A stretch of DNA of 32,000 nucleotides from Candidatus Saccharimonadota bacterium (GCA_016432445.1 CP066689.1:1050001-1082000), one strand, 5' to 3'; counted from the first letter of the stretch, positions 1-9,053 are shown. The notes: generated by a model from the letters alone, not told the origin. Translations and numbers: made by a program.

Positions 1-168
1 ATTTCTCACCTCCTTTAGAGATTGTTTGCGAACTTATAACCTTTCTGTGAGCAATTACATCTTAAACCAACAATATTATGAAGACGTAATAAAACCTTAA
101 AGGTTATGTAAGCATCATATCAACCAGAATATTGTCTCTATTAAAAAAGCTATGGGATAAAATACCCC

Positions 169-197
169 TTGACAAGTTTTAAAAAATACTTTATTCT
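169..197 (+). promoter_or_regulatory. candidate promoter TTGACA-17-TATTCT
   Basis: A consensus -35 with 17-nt spacing. It would drive a ~190-nt unit ending at the terminator-like hairpin at 363-405. Confidence 0.35.
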
Positions 198-362
198 GAT
201 ACTTAGGTACCTAATTATTAATTTATATTTAAAAATACTATGAGTTCAAAAAAGCTTGTTTATTTTTATCCCGATTTAATCGGAGTTAAAGAAGAAAACT
301 TACCTGGAAATTTATGGGGAGGATAGAAAAGATAACTAAAAACTAACCTTTAACTCATGCGC

Positions 363-405
363 CGCCGAGTCTGAAGAACTTATCTGAGGGCTCGGTGCGT
401 TTTTT
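363..405 (+). terminator. candidate intrinsic terminator
   Basis: CGCCGAG (363-369) pairs with CTCGGTG (391-397), including one GU pair, and is extendable by 2-3 wobble pairs. A T6 run follows. The loop is large, so the call is weak. Confidence 0.35.
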
Positions 406-406
406 A

Positions 407-435
407 TTGACTTCAGGTTAATGTGATGCTATAAT
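407..435 (+). promoter_or_regulatory. sigma70-type promoter TTGACT-17-TATAAT, 7 nt before the ATG (leaderless geometry)
   Basis: Near-consensus hexamers with 17-nt spacing. The ATG is at 443. Confidence 0.6.
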
Positions 436-442
436 TCACTCT

Positions 443-1000
443 ATGTCAAAAGAAGACTTTACTGCTGCCAGGCACGTTCTTACGGCTCTTCAATCAGACG
501 AGATGTTTACTCATGCAAATGAAGATTCACGAGGAATTCGAGTTAACGCTGATTCCTTGGTTTTTAAAATTGCTGATTTAGCTACACAGGCACCTTCACC
601 GGAAATGGCTGATGCGATTTCATGGATGGGAACACTAGTTTACTCCGTGTCACAAGATTATGGCACCTACGTTCGCGTAAAAGGAGGTAATAAAAGTGTT
701 AGTATTGATCTTCGCGGTCACACTGGTCCTCTTCCTGATGATCCTAGTTTCGAGGAGTTAACGAAAATAATGCAACGTGCATCAGGCATCTATATTAGTT
801 GCTCTGAAGACGAAAAAAACCACATCTCTGCTCATGCTAGTTTTTTAGAACTAAACACCGGAGAAGATCTAGGTCAGTACGTTAATGGAAAACTTAAAAG
901 ATTGTCAGATCAACAAAGACAAGAAGTAGCAACAAAGTTCATCGGCGTCATAAAATCAGAGGTAGCTGAAAGCGGTGAATTCCTAGACCTTGCTGGTTAA
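443..1000 (+). CDS. hypothetical protein, no recognisable domain
   Basis: 185-aa ORF starting 7 nt after a consensus TTGACT-17-TATAAT promoter. It has no repeat insertions and looks less AT-rich than its neighbours. I recognise no motif. Confidence 0.5.
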   Translation: MSKEDFTAARHVLTALQSDEMFTHANEDSRGIRVNADSLVFKIADLATQAPSPEMADAISWMGTLVYSVSQDYGTYVRVKGGNKSVSIDLRGHTGPLPDDPSFEELTKIMQRASGIYISCSEDEKNHISAHASFLELNTGEDLGQYVNGKLKRLSDQQRQEVATKFIGVIKSEVAESGEFLDLAG

Positions 1001-1004
1001 ATTT

Positions 1005-1442
1005 TTATCCAATTTTCTTCAAAAACTCTTTTTGTTCTTTGATCATATTTTCAGGCAATTCTTTGAAAATTCCTACTGTTTTTCCTTGTTCACTGCCGTG
1101 AAGAGTACCTGATTTAGCAGTGCATAAAAAAGCTAAACCTATTGGCCAGCCAAATCCCCTCTCTTTCGCTTCCCCCGGATATTCAATATACCCCAGTAAG
1201 CGGTCAATATTCACTTCAACACCAAGTTCTTCTTTAGCCACCCTTTCAATAGCTTCATTTATCGTCTCTTTGTAATAAACTGTACCCCCCGGTATATGCC
1301 ATGTACCCTTGTAAGGCTCAATTGATCTTAAAGTCAAAACTATTCCCTCTGGCGTTTTAATAATTACTTCAACCGCCAGCCGCGGTACTTTTGAGTAAAT
1401 ACTCTTAAACTCCTCCTCTGTTAACGGCTGATCAATCTGCAT
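1005..1442 (-). CDS. NUDIX hydrolase
   Basis: Nudix box GGTVYYKETINEAIERVAKEELGV fits GX5EX7REUXEEXGU. The ORF-track start at 1469 is a TTG. The ATG at 1442 (MQIDQPL...) lies 7 nt after a TATAAT, so I prefer it. Confidence 0.8.
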   Translation of the reverse strand: MQIDQPLTEEEFKSIYSKVPRLAVEVIIKTPEGIVLTLRSIEPYKGTWHIPGGTVYYKETINEAIERVAKEELGVEVNIDRLLGYIEYPGEAKERGFGWPIGLAFLCTAKSGTLHGSEQGKTVGIFKELPENMIKEQKEFLKKIG

Positions 1443-1449
1443 ATGAAGT

Positions 1450-1455
1450 ATTATA
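1450..1455 (-). promoter_or_regulatory. -10 box TATAAT, 7 nt upstream of the NUDIX ATG
   Basis: The minus strand reads TGTATAAT-ACTTCAT-ATG. Confidence 0.4.
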
Positions 1456-1606
1456 CAGGATAAAGACAATCACCTTTTCATTAACTTTAACTACACAGTT
1501 CACCTCAGTAAAACAGTGTCCTTAGGTTTTAAAAAAAGTTTATTTATGGAGCTTTACAGCAATCTTTCCAACCCGGGAGGTTGAACACGTTGTCCTAAGA
1601 CTCCAT

Positions 1607-2674
1607 TTAATACCAAAGCTGTATATAGCGGTTCACTACAACCTCTCCTTTATCTGTTTTGACGGTGACTTTCCAAGGAACTAATGTCCTTATAAAAGGC
1701 AGAGGAATAAATCCAGGTTTTTTAGGCACAGAGACTTTTTTGGAAAGATCGATCGCAAAACCATCCTTATCAACTACAATATCCTCCTTAGTGATTACTT
1801 TTTTTAATTTTGACTCTTCTTTGACATAACTTTTCCACCCTCCCATTACAAAATAAATATCCAAATCACCATTAATCACTCTGTTGGAATTATCAGTTTT
1901 GACTTCTTTCCCATTTTTTTCATAGACTTTGTACTCAAATCTTGAACCATTAACTTCTTCTGAAAGCTTTTCCACTCTTATTGCCAACTTGTCATTATCA
2001 TAAATCTCAAAAAAAGACTTATCCTTCATAGGTACTGTAAAATAGAGACTTCCGGCTGCTTTTAAATGCGAGCCTGAAGCTGAGACAGTGAAATCTTTTT
2101 CGTAAATTATTTCTTTAAACTGAAAAACCCGTGCATGTGGTAATGGCCAAGGAAGTGGAAAAGAAACGCTGCTCTTCCTTACCTCAACATCCACAAAAAG
2201 ATAGCTGAAAAGAAGAATGCTTCCTAAAAATAATAAAAGCCAATACCTTAATTTCAATATTCTAAAAGGCTTTAAAAAAAACTCAAACTTCCTTTTCTCA
2301 ATAAAAGGATTAACAGATTTTGGATTTAGACGATGGCGATAATACAGATATACAAAATAGTAATTAAAAACCAGTATTAAAGAATAAATAAAATCATTGG
2401 TTAACCTCTGCCAGTTAGTCTTAAAAATAACATTTACTAGCAGATTAATACTTACAAAAAATAATAAGAATAGATAAATTTTAAGATGCACGGCTGATTT
2501 TAAAAGCCTGAAAGGAAAAATTAAAACAAAAGAGAAGATAAACAAAGGCAAATAATCCACGATATCCTTTCTTCCTAAACTGGGAAAAAAGACTATCACA
2601 ACGGGCAGTGTCAGAAGAATGAGTAAGAAACGGACAATAAAAGCGACTGTTTTTAAAGCATTGATTTTAATCAT
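1607..2674 (-). CDS. multi-pass membrane protein with C-terminal beta-rich soluble domain, function unknown
   Basis: The N-terminal ~170 aa are strongly hydrophobic (several TM helices) and the C-terminal half is hydrophilic. Its ATG overlaps the leuS TGA in an ATGA junction at 2671-2674, suggesting co-translation with leuS. Confidence 0.5.
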   Translation of the reverse strand: MIKINALKTVAFIVRFLLILLTLPVVIVFFPSLGRKDIVDYLPLFIFSFVLIFPFRLLKSAVHLKIYLFLLFFVSINLLVNVIFKTNWQRLTNDFIYSLILVFNYYFVYLYYRHRLNPKSVNPFIEKRKFEFFLKPFRILKLRYWLLLFLGSILLFSYLFVDVEVRKSSVSFPLPWPLPHARVFQFKEIIYEKDFTVSASGSHLKAAGSLYFTVPMKDKSFFEIYDNDKLAIRVEKLSEEVNGSRFEYKVYEKNGKEVKTDNSNRVINGDLDIYFVMGGWKSYVKEESKLKKVITKEDIVVDKDGFAIDLSKKVSVPKKPGFIPLPFIRTLVPWKVTVKTDKGEVVVNRYIQLWY

Positions 2675-5262
2675 GTTACTATGAAATTTAGGATTTTGCC
2701 TTTTACGTAGATTGTTTTGTAGGATTTTCCTTCCACGAATTTTTTGACTTTATTATCTTCCAAGGCTTTTTTGACTACACTTTCTTCTTGTTCTTCACGG
2801 TTTATAACCACTGTGCCTCTTACCTTGCCGTTAACCTGAACCGGTATGGTTATCTCCTCTTCCTCAACCATCTTTTCAGCTTCAGGCCAAGGAGATAAGT
2901 GAATTGAAGACTTTTCCCCAAATATATCTCTCCAAATTTCCTCTGCTGTAAAAGGTGCAAACGGAGCCAATATCTTCAAAAACTTCTTGACCTCTTCTTG
3001 AGACATTCCTTCTGACTTTTCCCAGTCATTGATAAACTCCATCATTGAGGCAATAGCTGTATTAAACTTAATATTCAAGATATCGTTTGTTACCTTATGT
3101 ACTGTTTTGTTTAATTTTTGATTTAATTGTAGGGACAGGTCGCGACCTGTCCCTACCTTAGTTTGACACAAATTCCACACGCGGTTTAAAAACCGGTATC
3201 CCCCTTGTAAAGTTGAGGTCGACCAGGAAATCTCCTGACTAAACGGAGCCATAAACATTTCATAGATTCTTAAGGTGTCAGCCCCATACTCTTTCACTAC
3301 TTCATCGGGATTTATGACATTGCCAAGAGATTTACTCATCTTACGATGATCTTCAGCTAAAACCATACCGACATTTCTTAGGCGTAAAAAAGGTTCGCTG
3401 AAATCAACTAGCTTCAGATCATAAAGAGCTTTAACCCAGAAACGGGAGTATAGAAGGTGAAGAACAGCGTGTTCTGCTCCGCCGACATACCAATCCACCG
3501 GCTGCCACTTTTTCATTGACTCCTGACTCCAGGCTTCTTTATCATTATGAGGATCAGCAAATCTCAAAAAGTACCAGCAGGAACCGGCCCAGTTGGGCAT
3601 AGTATCCGTTTCCCGTTTACCTTCACCTCCGCAGTGAGGACAAGTGGTTTTAACCCAGTCTTTGACAGCAGACAAAGGCGACTCGCCGGTTTGAGATGGC
3701 TCGTAAGACTTAAGGTAAGGTAACTCTAACGGTAAACTTTTTTCATCAATTGGGAACCATCCATAAAGCGATTCTTGAACTTCTTTGTCTAGTTTTGATA
3801 CACTATGATCCCTCATTTGACATTTGACATTTGAAATTTGAAATTCTTCTGTGTCCCACCAAGAAATCTTCTTATCAGCACATTTTTGGCAATAAACCAT
3901 AGGGATTGGTTCGCCCCAATATCTTTGTCTTGAAAAAATCCAATCTCTTAAGTGATAACTAACGGTTCGTTGCCCCCATTTTTTTTCTTCCAGATAATCC
4001 ATGATCTTCTGTTTTGCTACCTGAATGTCTAGTCCATTTAAAAACTCGGAATTAATCATTCTACCAACCTCTTCTTGTACTTGCTTGCTTTCGGTTATTG
4101 CTGAAGTATCACCGTCTTTACCAACAACAACTCTAACTATTTCTAAACCAAATTCGCGGGCAAACTCGAAATCACGCAAATCATGTCCTGGTACTCCAAC
4201 TACTGCACCCGTTCCAAAATTGGAAAGAACAAAATCAGAGACCCAAATTGGCAAAAGTTTATTATTTAAGTTGTTGACAGCATAGTAGCCTGTAAAAACT
4301 CCCGTCTTTTTCTTTCCTTCAGCTATTCTTTCCAAATCCGTCTTAGAGACTGTTCTATCAACGTATTCTTTAATCTTAGTACTATACTCACGTGGAGTAT
4401 TTTCATCCTTTAATACCTTTTTAACAAACTCATGCTCTGGAGCTAAGACAACAAAAGTTGCTCCGAAATTAGTATCAGGTCTTGTCGTAAAACAGGTAAT
4501 TTCATCAAAGATCTTAGATCTTAGATCTTGGATCTTAGATTCAGGGCAAACTACTTTGTAGGTAATATTTATACCTTCTTTGCGGCCAATCCAGTTTTTT
4601 TGCATATCCAAAATTCCTTTTGGCCAATCTAAATCATCTAATCCTTCAAGTAAACGATCGGCATAAGAGGTGATTTTAAATATCCATTGAGGCAATTCTT
4701 TTTTTGTAATTGGACAACCGCACCTTTCATGGATGCCATTGGCTAAAACTTCCTCTTCGGCCAAGCCGGTTTTACATTTTTCGCAATAATATACTTCCGT
4801 ATTTTTTTTGTAAAGCAATCCTAGCTTGTAAAATTGAATAAATAACCATTGAGTCCATTTGTAGTAAGAAGGATCAGTGGTGGAAAACTCGCGGGACCAA
4901 TCAAAGGATAATCCAAGAGCCTTCATCTGTCGCTTAAAATTGGCAATATTGTCAGGCACCATATCCATAGGGTTTTTCTTGGCTTTAATGGCCGCGTTCT
5001 CTGCCGGCAGTCCAAAAGCATCCCAACCCATAGGATGAAGAACAGAATAACCTTTCATACGGTAGTAACGGGAAAGTATATCTGTAGCAGTGTAACCTCG
5101 AGGGTGACCAACATGAAGACCTGCACCTGAAGGGTAGGGAAACATATCTAATATATATGTTTTTTGTTTATTCTTGGATGGCTCCGCGGTGGCATAAGTA
5201 TTTTCTTTATCCCATACTTCAATCAGTTTGGGTTCAAACTGAGAAGGCTGATACTTTTTCAT
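2671..5262 (-). CDS. leuS: leucyl-tRNA synthetase
   Basis: Class I motifs are present: HVGHPRGY (HIGH) and KMSKSLGN (KMSKS). It also has TTRPDT at the editing-domain entry and a Cys-rich zinc motif. The start is set at MKKYQPSQFEP (ATG 5262). The 24 extra upstream codons in the ORF track are read from a 9-nt repeat array. Confidence 0.95.
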   Translation of the reverse strand: MKKYQPSQFEPKLIEVWDKENTYATAEPSKNKQKTYILDMFPYPSGAGLHVGHPRGYTATDILSRYYRMKGYSVLHPMGWDAFGLPAENAAIKAKKNPMDMVPDNIANFKRQMKALGLSFDWSREFSTTDPSYYKWTQWLFIQFYKLGLLYKKNTEVYYCEKCKTGLAEEEVLANGIHERCGCPITKKELPQWIFKITSYADRLLEGLDDLDWPKGILDMQKNWIGRKEGINITYKVVCPESKIQDLRSKIFDEITCFTTRPDTNFGATFVVLAPEHEFVKKVLKDENTPREYSTKIKEYVDRTVSKTDLERIAEGKKKTGVFTGYYAVNNLNNKLLPIWVSDFVLSNFGTGAVVGVPGHDLRDFEFAREFGLEIVRVVVGKDGDTSAITESKQVQEEVGRMINSEFLNGLDIQVAKQKIMDYLEEKKWGQRTVSYHLRDWIFSRQRYWGEPIPMVYCQKCADKKISWWDTEEFQISNVKCQMRDHSVSKLDKEVQESLYGWFPIDEKSLPLELPYLKSYEPSQTGESPLSAVKDWVKTTCPHCGGEGKRETDTMPNWAGSCWYFLRFADPHNDKEAWSQESMKKWQPVDWYVGGAEHAVLHLLYSRFWVKALYDLKLVDFSEPFLRLRNVGMVLAEDHRKMSKSLGNVINPDEVVKEYGADTLRIYEMFMAPFSQEISWSTSTLQGGYRFLNRVWNLCQTKVGTGRDLSLQLNQKLNKTVHKVTNDILNIKFNTAIASMMEFINDWEKSEGMSQEEVKKFLKILAPFAPFTAEEIWRDIFGEKSSIHLSPWPEAEKMVEEEEITIPVQVNGKVRGTVVINREEQEESVVKKALEDNKVKKFVEGKSYKTIYVKGKILNFIVT
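3129..3156. repeat. PAL28: perfect 28-nt palindrome GTAGGGACAGGTCGCGACCTGTCCCTAC, in frame in leuS
   Basis: Identical to the copies at 10851 and 27239. It is translated as VGTGRDLSL in the anticodon-binding region of LeuRS. Confidence 0.95.
3814..3846 (-). repeat. HEP-A heptamer array (AAATGTC/AAATTTC)n, in frame in leuS
   Basis: The plus strand reads CATTTGACATTTGACATTTGAAATTTGAAATTC. The sense strand encodes FQISNVKCQM. Confidence 0.9.
4508..4542 (-). repeat. HEP-C heptamer array (AAGATCT)n, in frame in leuS
   Basis: The plus strand reads AAGATCTTAGATCTTAGATCTTGGATCTTAGATTC. The sense strand encodes SKIQDLRSKI. Confidence 0.9.
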
Positions 5263-5269
5263 ATCTGAT

Positions 5270-5275
5270 ATTATA
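5270..5275 (-). promoter_or_regulatory. -10 box TATAAT, 7 nt upstream of the leuS ATG
   Basis: The minus strand reads TATAAT-ATCAGAT-ATG. No Shine-Dalgarno sequence is present. Confidence 0.4.
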
Positions 5276-5315
5276 TAACAATTATAATAATTATAAAGAT
5301 TATAACGGTTATATA
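5270..5315. repeat. NON-E 9-nt array (TTATAANNN)n upstream of leuS
   Basis: TTATA recurs at 9-nt spacing and includes the palindrome TATAACGGTTATA (5301-5313). The first unit doubles as the leuS -10 box. Confidence 0.75.
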
Positions 5316-5596
5316 TTTTCTCTTCTGTCTTCAAAGGAATTTCTTGGTTTAGGCGGTCTGGCTTCAGAAACGACTAACTTCCGGCCTTCATATTCTTGAC
5401 CGTTAAATTTATCAATAGCCGCTTTTGCTTCCTCCTCTGATGACATTTCAACGAATCCAAAACCTTTTGATCTACCACTGTCTCTATAGCGGATAACTGA
5501 TGCAGAAACAACATTACCAACCTGAGAAAAAAGATCTTTTAACTGATCATCATTAACCTCATATAAAAGATTACCAACATAAAGCTTAGCACTCAC
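5309..5596 (-). CDS. RRM-type RNA-binding protein
   Basis: RNP2 LYVGNL and RNP1 KGFGFVEM are present. It has a GTG start preceded by GGAGGTGG with a 7-nt spacer, the clearest Shine-Dalgarno in the window. Confidence 0.85.
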   Translation of the reverse strand: MSAKLYVGNLLYEVNDDQLKDLFSQVGNVVSASVIRYRDSGRSKGFGFVEMSSEEEAKAAIDKFNGQEYEGRKLVVSEARPPKPRNSFEDRRENI

Positions 5597-5695
5597 TAAT
5601 TACCACCTCCTTCCATTTGAAAAAACGAAAATTCAACGTAAAAAACAAAAATAATTAACAATTTAATTTTACAAGTTTTTACAAGGAAAAACAAG

Positions 5696-6736
5696 TTACC
5701 GACCAAGTCCCATCAATCTTTTAATTTCTTTAATCTTTTGGCTTGATTTCTCAAGGGAAAAATCCCGTCCTTCATTTAAGACTTTATTCAAATAACCTTC
5801 ATCTTTTTTTATTACTTGATACTTTTCCTGAATTTTTTTAAGAGATCCCACCACAACTTCGGCTAAATCGGATTTAAACTGACCATAGCCTATTCCTTGG
5901 TATTGTTTCTCAATTTCTTCAACCGGTTTTCCCGACAGACGTGAATAAATCACTAAAAGGTTTGAGATGGCAGGTTTATCTTCTTTAAAAACCACCTCAG
6001 AACCTGAGTCAGTCACAGCTTTCTTAATTTTTTCTCTTATCTCATCAGGAGTATTCAAAATATTAATTGTTCCTAAAGGATCTTTATCCGACTTACTCAT
6101 TTTGCTTAAAGGATTTTGCAGACTCATAATCCGCGCCGCATCCCGATCAACTCTGGTCTCAGGAAGTACAAAGATCTCACCAAACTGCTTATTAAACTTT
6201 TCAGCAATATCCCGGGTTAACTCTACATGCTGTCTTTGATCTTCTCCTACCGGCACTACATTAGTATCATAGAGAAGAATATCAGCAGCCATAAGCGCTG
6301 GATAGTTAAAAAGGCCGACAGGCCCTTCAAACAAAGCCCGGGCTTCAGCCAATGAAGAAAGATTATCAGCCTTTATAAATTTTTGTGCTTTTTCTTTAAA
6401 CTGGGTCATCCGAAAGAGCTGTCCCATATTTAAAAAACAATCAAAAATCCAGGCCAGATACGTATGATCTGGGTTTTCAGATTGAATAAAAAGTTTTGAT
6501 TTATTAGGATCAATTCCTCCTGCCAAATATAGAGCAGACAACTCAAGATTTTTTTCTCTTAATACCTTTGGATCCTGAAAAACAGTAATGGCATGAAGAT
6601 CAACCACACAAAATATTAAATCACTAAACTCTCCGCTTTCCTGAAGATTAACAGATTGACGAATCATCCCGATATAATTACCGACGTGAAGATCACCTGA
6701 TGGCTGAATACCGGAAAATATAGTTTTTTTTACCAT
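5696..6736 (-). CDS. trpS: tryptophanyl-tRNA synthetase
   Basis: IQPSGDLHVGNYIG (HIGH-type) and KMSKSD (KMSKS) are present. The ATG at 6736 lies 5 nt after the tyrS stop. The ORF-track start at 6754 is a TTG inside tyrS. Confidence 0.9.
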   Translation of the reverse strand: MVKKTIFSGIQPSGDLHVGNYIGMIRQSVNLQESGEFSDLIFCVVDLHAITVFQDPKVLREKNLELSALYLAGGIDPNKSKLFIQSENPDHTYLAWIFDCFLNMGQLFRMTQFKEKAQKFIKADNLSSLAEARALFEGPVGLFNYPALMAADILLYDTNVVPVGEDQRQHVELTRDIAEKFNKQFGEIFVLPETRVDRDAARIMSLQNPLSKMSKSDKDPLGTINILNTPDEIREKIKKAVTDSGSEVVFKEDKPAISNLLVIYSRLSGKPVEEIEKQYQGIGYGQFKSDLAEVVVGSLKKIQEKYQVIKKDEGYLNKVLNEGRDFSLEKSSQKIKEIKRLMGLGR

Positions 6737-6740
6737 AAGT

Positions 6741-7958
6741 TTAAACAATTTCAACTATTCCATAATCTTTTTTTCCCTTACGGATTAAAAAGTATTTATT
6801 GAATAAATTATTGCTAATTACTCCTTTTTGTTCAATTAATCTTCTTGCTTCATTTTTCGATTGCACCAATCCAAGCTGAATTAAAACCTCTTCTAACACC
6901 AAATCGTTTTGGGAAGATAAGGTTGTGTAAGGCACTGATTTTTTAATAAATTTTAAGTCTTTTTCTGTCAATCCTTCTCCTTTTCTTTCAAAAAGAATAC
7001 TAGCCACAGCTTTAGACTGATCGGCTAATTCCCGTCCGTGCACCATTTCGGTTAATTCGTACGCCAGTTCTTTTTGTATCAAACGTGTTTCTTTTTGCTT
7101 CTGCCATTCACCAATCAATTCTTCTATTTCTTCTTTCGATTTAAAAGAATAGTATTTCATTAGTACTGGAGCCAGCTCATCTTCAACATTGATAAAAAAT
7201 TGATAAAAAGCAAAAGGAGGAGTTTTTTCAGGATCAAGCCAAATAGCAGCTCCTTTTTCTGTCTTACCAAATTTTTTACCTGTTTTAGGATCAACAATTA
7301 AAGGATAAGATAAAACATGAGCCTCACGGCTTATTTTTTTTCTAATAAGTTCAACCCCTTGAATCATATTTCCCCATTGATCAGACCCCCCTATCTGCAC
7401 CTCACATTGATGATCCTCATAAAAACGTAAAAAATCATATGCTTGTAAAAGCTGATAAGAAAACTCTGCATATGATATTCCTTCCTGACGGGAAAGTCTT
7501 GTCTTTACAGATTCCATATCCATCATTGAGTTAGCTGAGATGTATTTACCGGTATCACGTAAAAAATCAATAAGAGATAATTTCTCCAGCCACTCGGCAT
7601 TATCTATTGTTTTAACTCTTTTACCGTCTATCTTAAAAAAATTTTCCACTTGCTTTGACAATTTTTCTTTATTGGCTGCCAATATGTCTTTGGAAACGAT
7701 TGGACGTTCGGCGTCTTTTCCTGACGGATCACCAATAGCGGCTGTACCCGTGGCCATAAGAACAATAATATTATGACCTGCTTCGTAAGCTCTTTTTAAA
7801 ACCAAATAACCTAAAAGATGTCCGAAATGAAGACTGTCGGCAGTAGCATCAACACCATAATAAATAGTTGCTCCTTTATTAAAAACATTTTCAATTCCAG
7901 GAGTTTTCTGGTAAATGAGTCCTCTCCATTCAAGATCGTTTAAAAAATTAATTTCCAT
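6741..7958 (-). CDS. tyrS: tyrosyl-tRNA synthetase
   Basis: YYGVDATADSLHFGHL (HIGH), KFGKT (KMSKS equivalent), and a C-terminal S4-like RNA-binding tail. TATAAT lies 8 nt upstream of the ATG. Confidence 0.9.
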   Translation of the reverse strand: MEINFLNDLEWRGLIYQKTPGIENVFNKGATIYYGVDATADSLHFGHLLGYLVLKRAYEAGHNIIVLMATGTAAIGDPSGKDAERPIVSKDILAANKEKLSKQVENFFKIDGKRVKTIDNAEWLEKLSLIDFLRDTGKYISANSMMDMESVKTRLSRQEGISYAEFSYQLLQAYDFLRFYEDHQCEVQIGGSDQWGNMIQGVELIRKKISREAHVLSYPLIVDPKTGKKFGKTEKGAAIWLDPEKTPPFAFYQFFINVEDELAPVLMKYYSFKSKEEIEELIGEWQKQKETRLIQKELAYELTEMVHGRELADQSKAVASILFERKGEGLTEKDLKFIKKSVPYTTLSSQNDLVLEEVLIQLGLVQSKNEARRLIEQKGVISNNLFNKYFLIRKGKKDYGIVEIV

Positions 7959-7966
7959 AGTTCTCT

Positions 7967-7972
7967 ATTATA
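7967..7972 (-). promoter_or_regulatory. -10 box TATAAT, 8 nt upstream of the tyrS ATG
   Basis: The minus strand reads TGTATAAT-AGAGAACT-ATG. Confidence 0.4.
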
Positions 7973-7983
7973 CATAAAGTTTT

Positions 7984-9048
7984 TTACGCTATCATTTCAT
8001 CAGGAAGAGGCGTATATGTCGCTTTATCTACGCTTTCCTTACTTGGAAACCTCCTCTTAAAGATTTCTGTGATATTTTCGTGAGGCTCAAGTTCTTGCCT
8101 TTCTTCATAAAACCCATGTTTTATTAACAAATCACCTTGTCCTTCTCCAGCTAAAACTTCTTGAATACGCTTAACTTGCTCTTCAGCCGCCATCACCGAT
8201 ATAAACATTGAGTACTCTTTTAAAGCTGCCTCACTAATTCTTCTATTCCCAAGAGCTAAAGTTAAGCTATCAATCATCATTTTAAAATCGATTCCTTCTG
8301 CTTTTCCTGATCTAATTACCTCTCTTAACCGTTTCATTTCTTTATTAATTTTAATTTTTACAATTCTTTTATCAGTTAAATTAATTAACCCTTTAAAAAA
8401 GGCATAAGTATGACGAACTTCTCCATTTAGTAATGCCCTTTTATTTACTTCTATAGCTCTTTGAAGGTCAACGTCCTCTGACGTTAGTAAACATGAAGAC
8501 ACAGTTGATGTAAACTTGTTTTGTTCGTCTCCTTTTTTATCTTCCTTTAAATCAATCTTCATCTGAACTATCTCCCGTTGACGGTTTCTAATCATTTCAA
8601 AATCATTTTGATTTAAACCTGCTCCAAAAATTATCACCTCATCAGCCGCATGAGTCGGCCTTACCGCATAAATTTTTGCTGTAGGCGACAATAAGGCTGG
8701 ATCAAAAGCTTGAGTAATATCATTTGTTCCCGCAACAATTAAATCGTCACCAAGAGATCTGCTTATCAAATTGGCACGTTTAAGATCGTCAAGATCTGCA
8801 GAAAAAATCGCCCAACCCTCACCTTTTTTAATAGCGTCGGAAAACTCTCCAATAATATGGTATCTAACTGAACCGTCAAAAATAGGAAGTCCTGTAAGTC
8901 TATCCGCTTTTTTTTCGTGATCTCCCGTGTAACGAGTTAAATCCTTAAACTTTGCTGGCACGTTGGACAAAATATTTTGGGAAACTGGTTTTTGCTCCCT
9001 CATCTTTTCTTCAATCGCTATTATTTGAGCTTCAGTACGTGGATCCAT
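7984..9048 (-). CDS. hypothetical protein with degenerate GGDEF-like (nucleotide cyclase palm) signature
   Basis: FSADLDDLKRANLISRSLGDDLI resembles the D-x-D-FK-x-ND...GD-x-x-L entry of GGDEF domains. AVRPTHAADEVIIFG occupies the R-x-GGDEF position but reads AADEV. This comes from motif reading only. Confidence 0.45.
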   Translation of the reverse strand: MDPRTEAQIIAIEEKMREQKPVSQNILSNVPAKFKDLTRYTGDHEKKADRLTGLPIFDGSVRYHIIGEFSDAIKKGEGWAIFSADLDDLKRANLISRSLGDDLIVAGTNDITQAFDPALLSPTAKIYAVRPTHAADEVIIFGAGLNQNDFEMIRNRQREIVQMKIDLKEDKKGDEQNKFTSTVSSCLLTSEDVDLQRAIEVNKRALLNGEVRHTYAFFKGLINLTDKRIVKIKINKEMKRLREVIRSGKAEGIDFKMMIDSLTLALGNRRISEAALKEYSMFISVMAAEEQVKRIQEVLAGEGQGDLLIKHGFYEERQELEPHENITEIFKRRFPSKESVDKATYTPLPDEMIA

Positions 9049-9053
9049 AAAAT

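Noticed and set aside
1-20. CACCTCCTTT at the window edge looks like the 3' end of 16S rRNA (anti-SD region).
   Set aside because: The bases before it (TTTCT-CACCTCC) do not match the conserved GGATCACCTCC. No ITS, tRNA or 23S-like sequence follows. Read on the minus strand it is AAAGGAGGTGAGAAAT, a Shine-Dalgarno for a minus-strand gene starting just outside the window. With only about 15 nt visible, neither reading can be proven.
5157-5399. The ORF 5157-5399 (+) and the 24-codon N-terminal extension of leuS (5263-5334), with YNNYNNY / YNLYNYYN peptides.
   Set aside because: Both are simply the 9-nt TTATAAC array read in open frames. LeuRS homology begins at the ATG at 5262, which also has a TATAAT 7 nt upstream.
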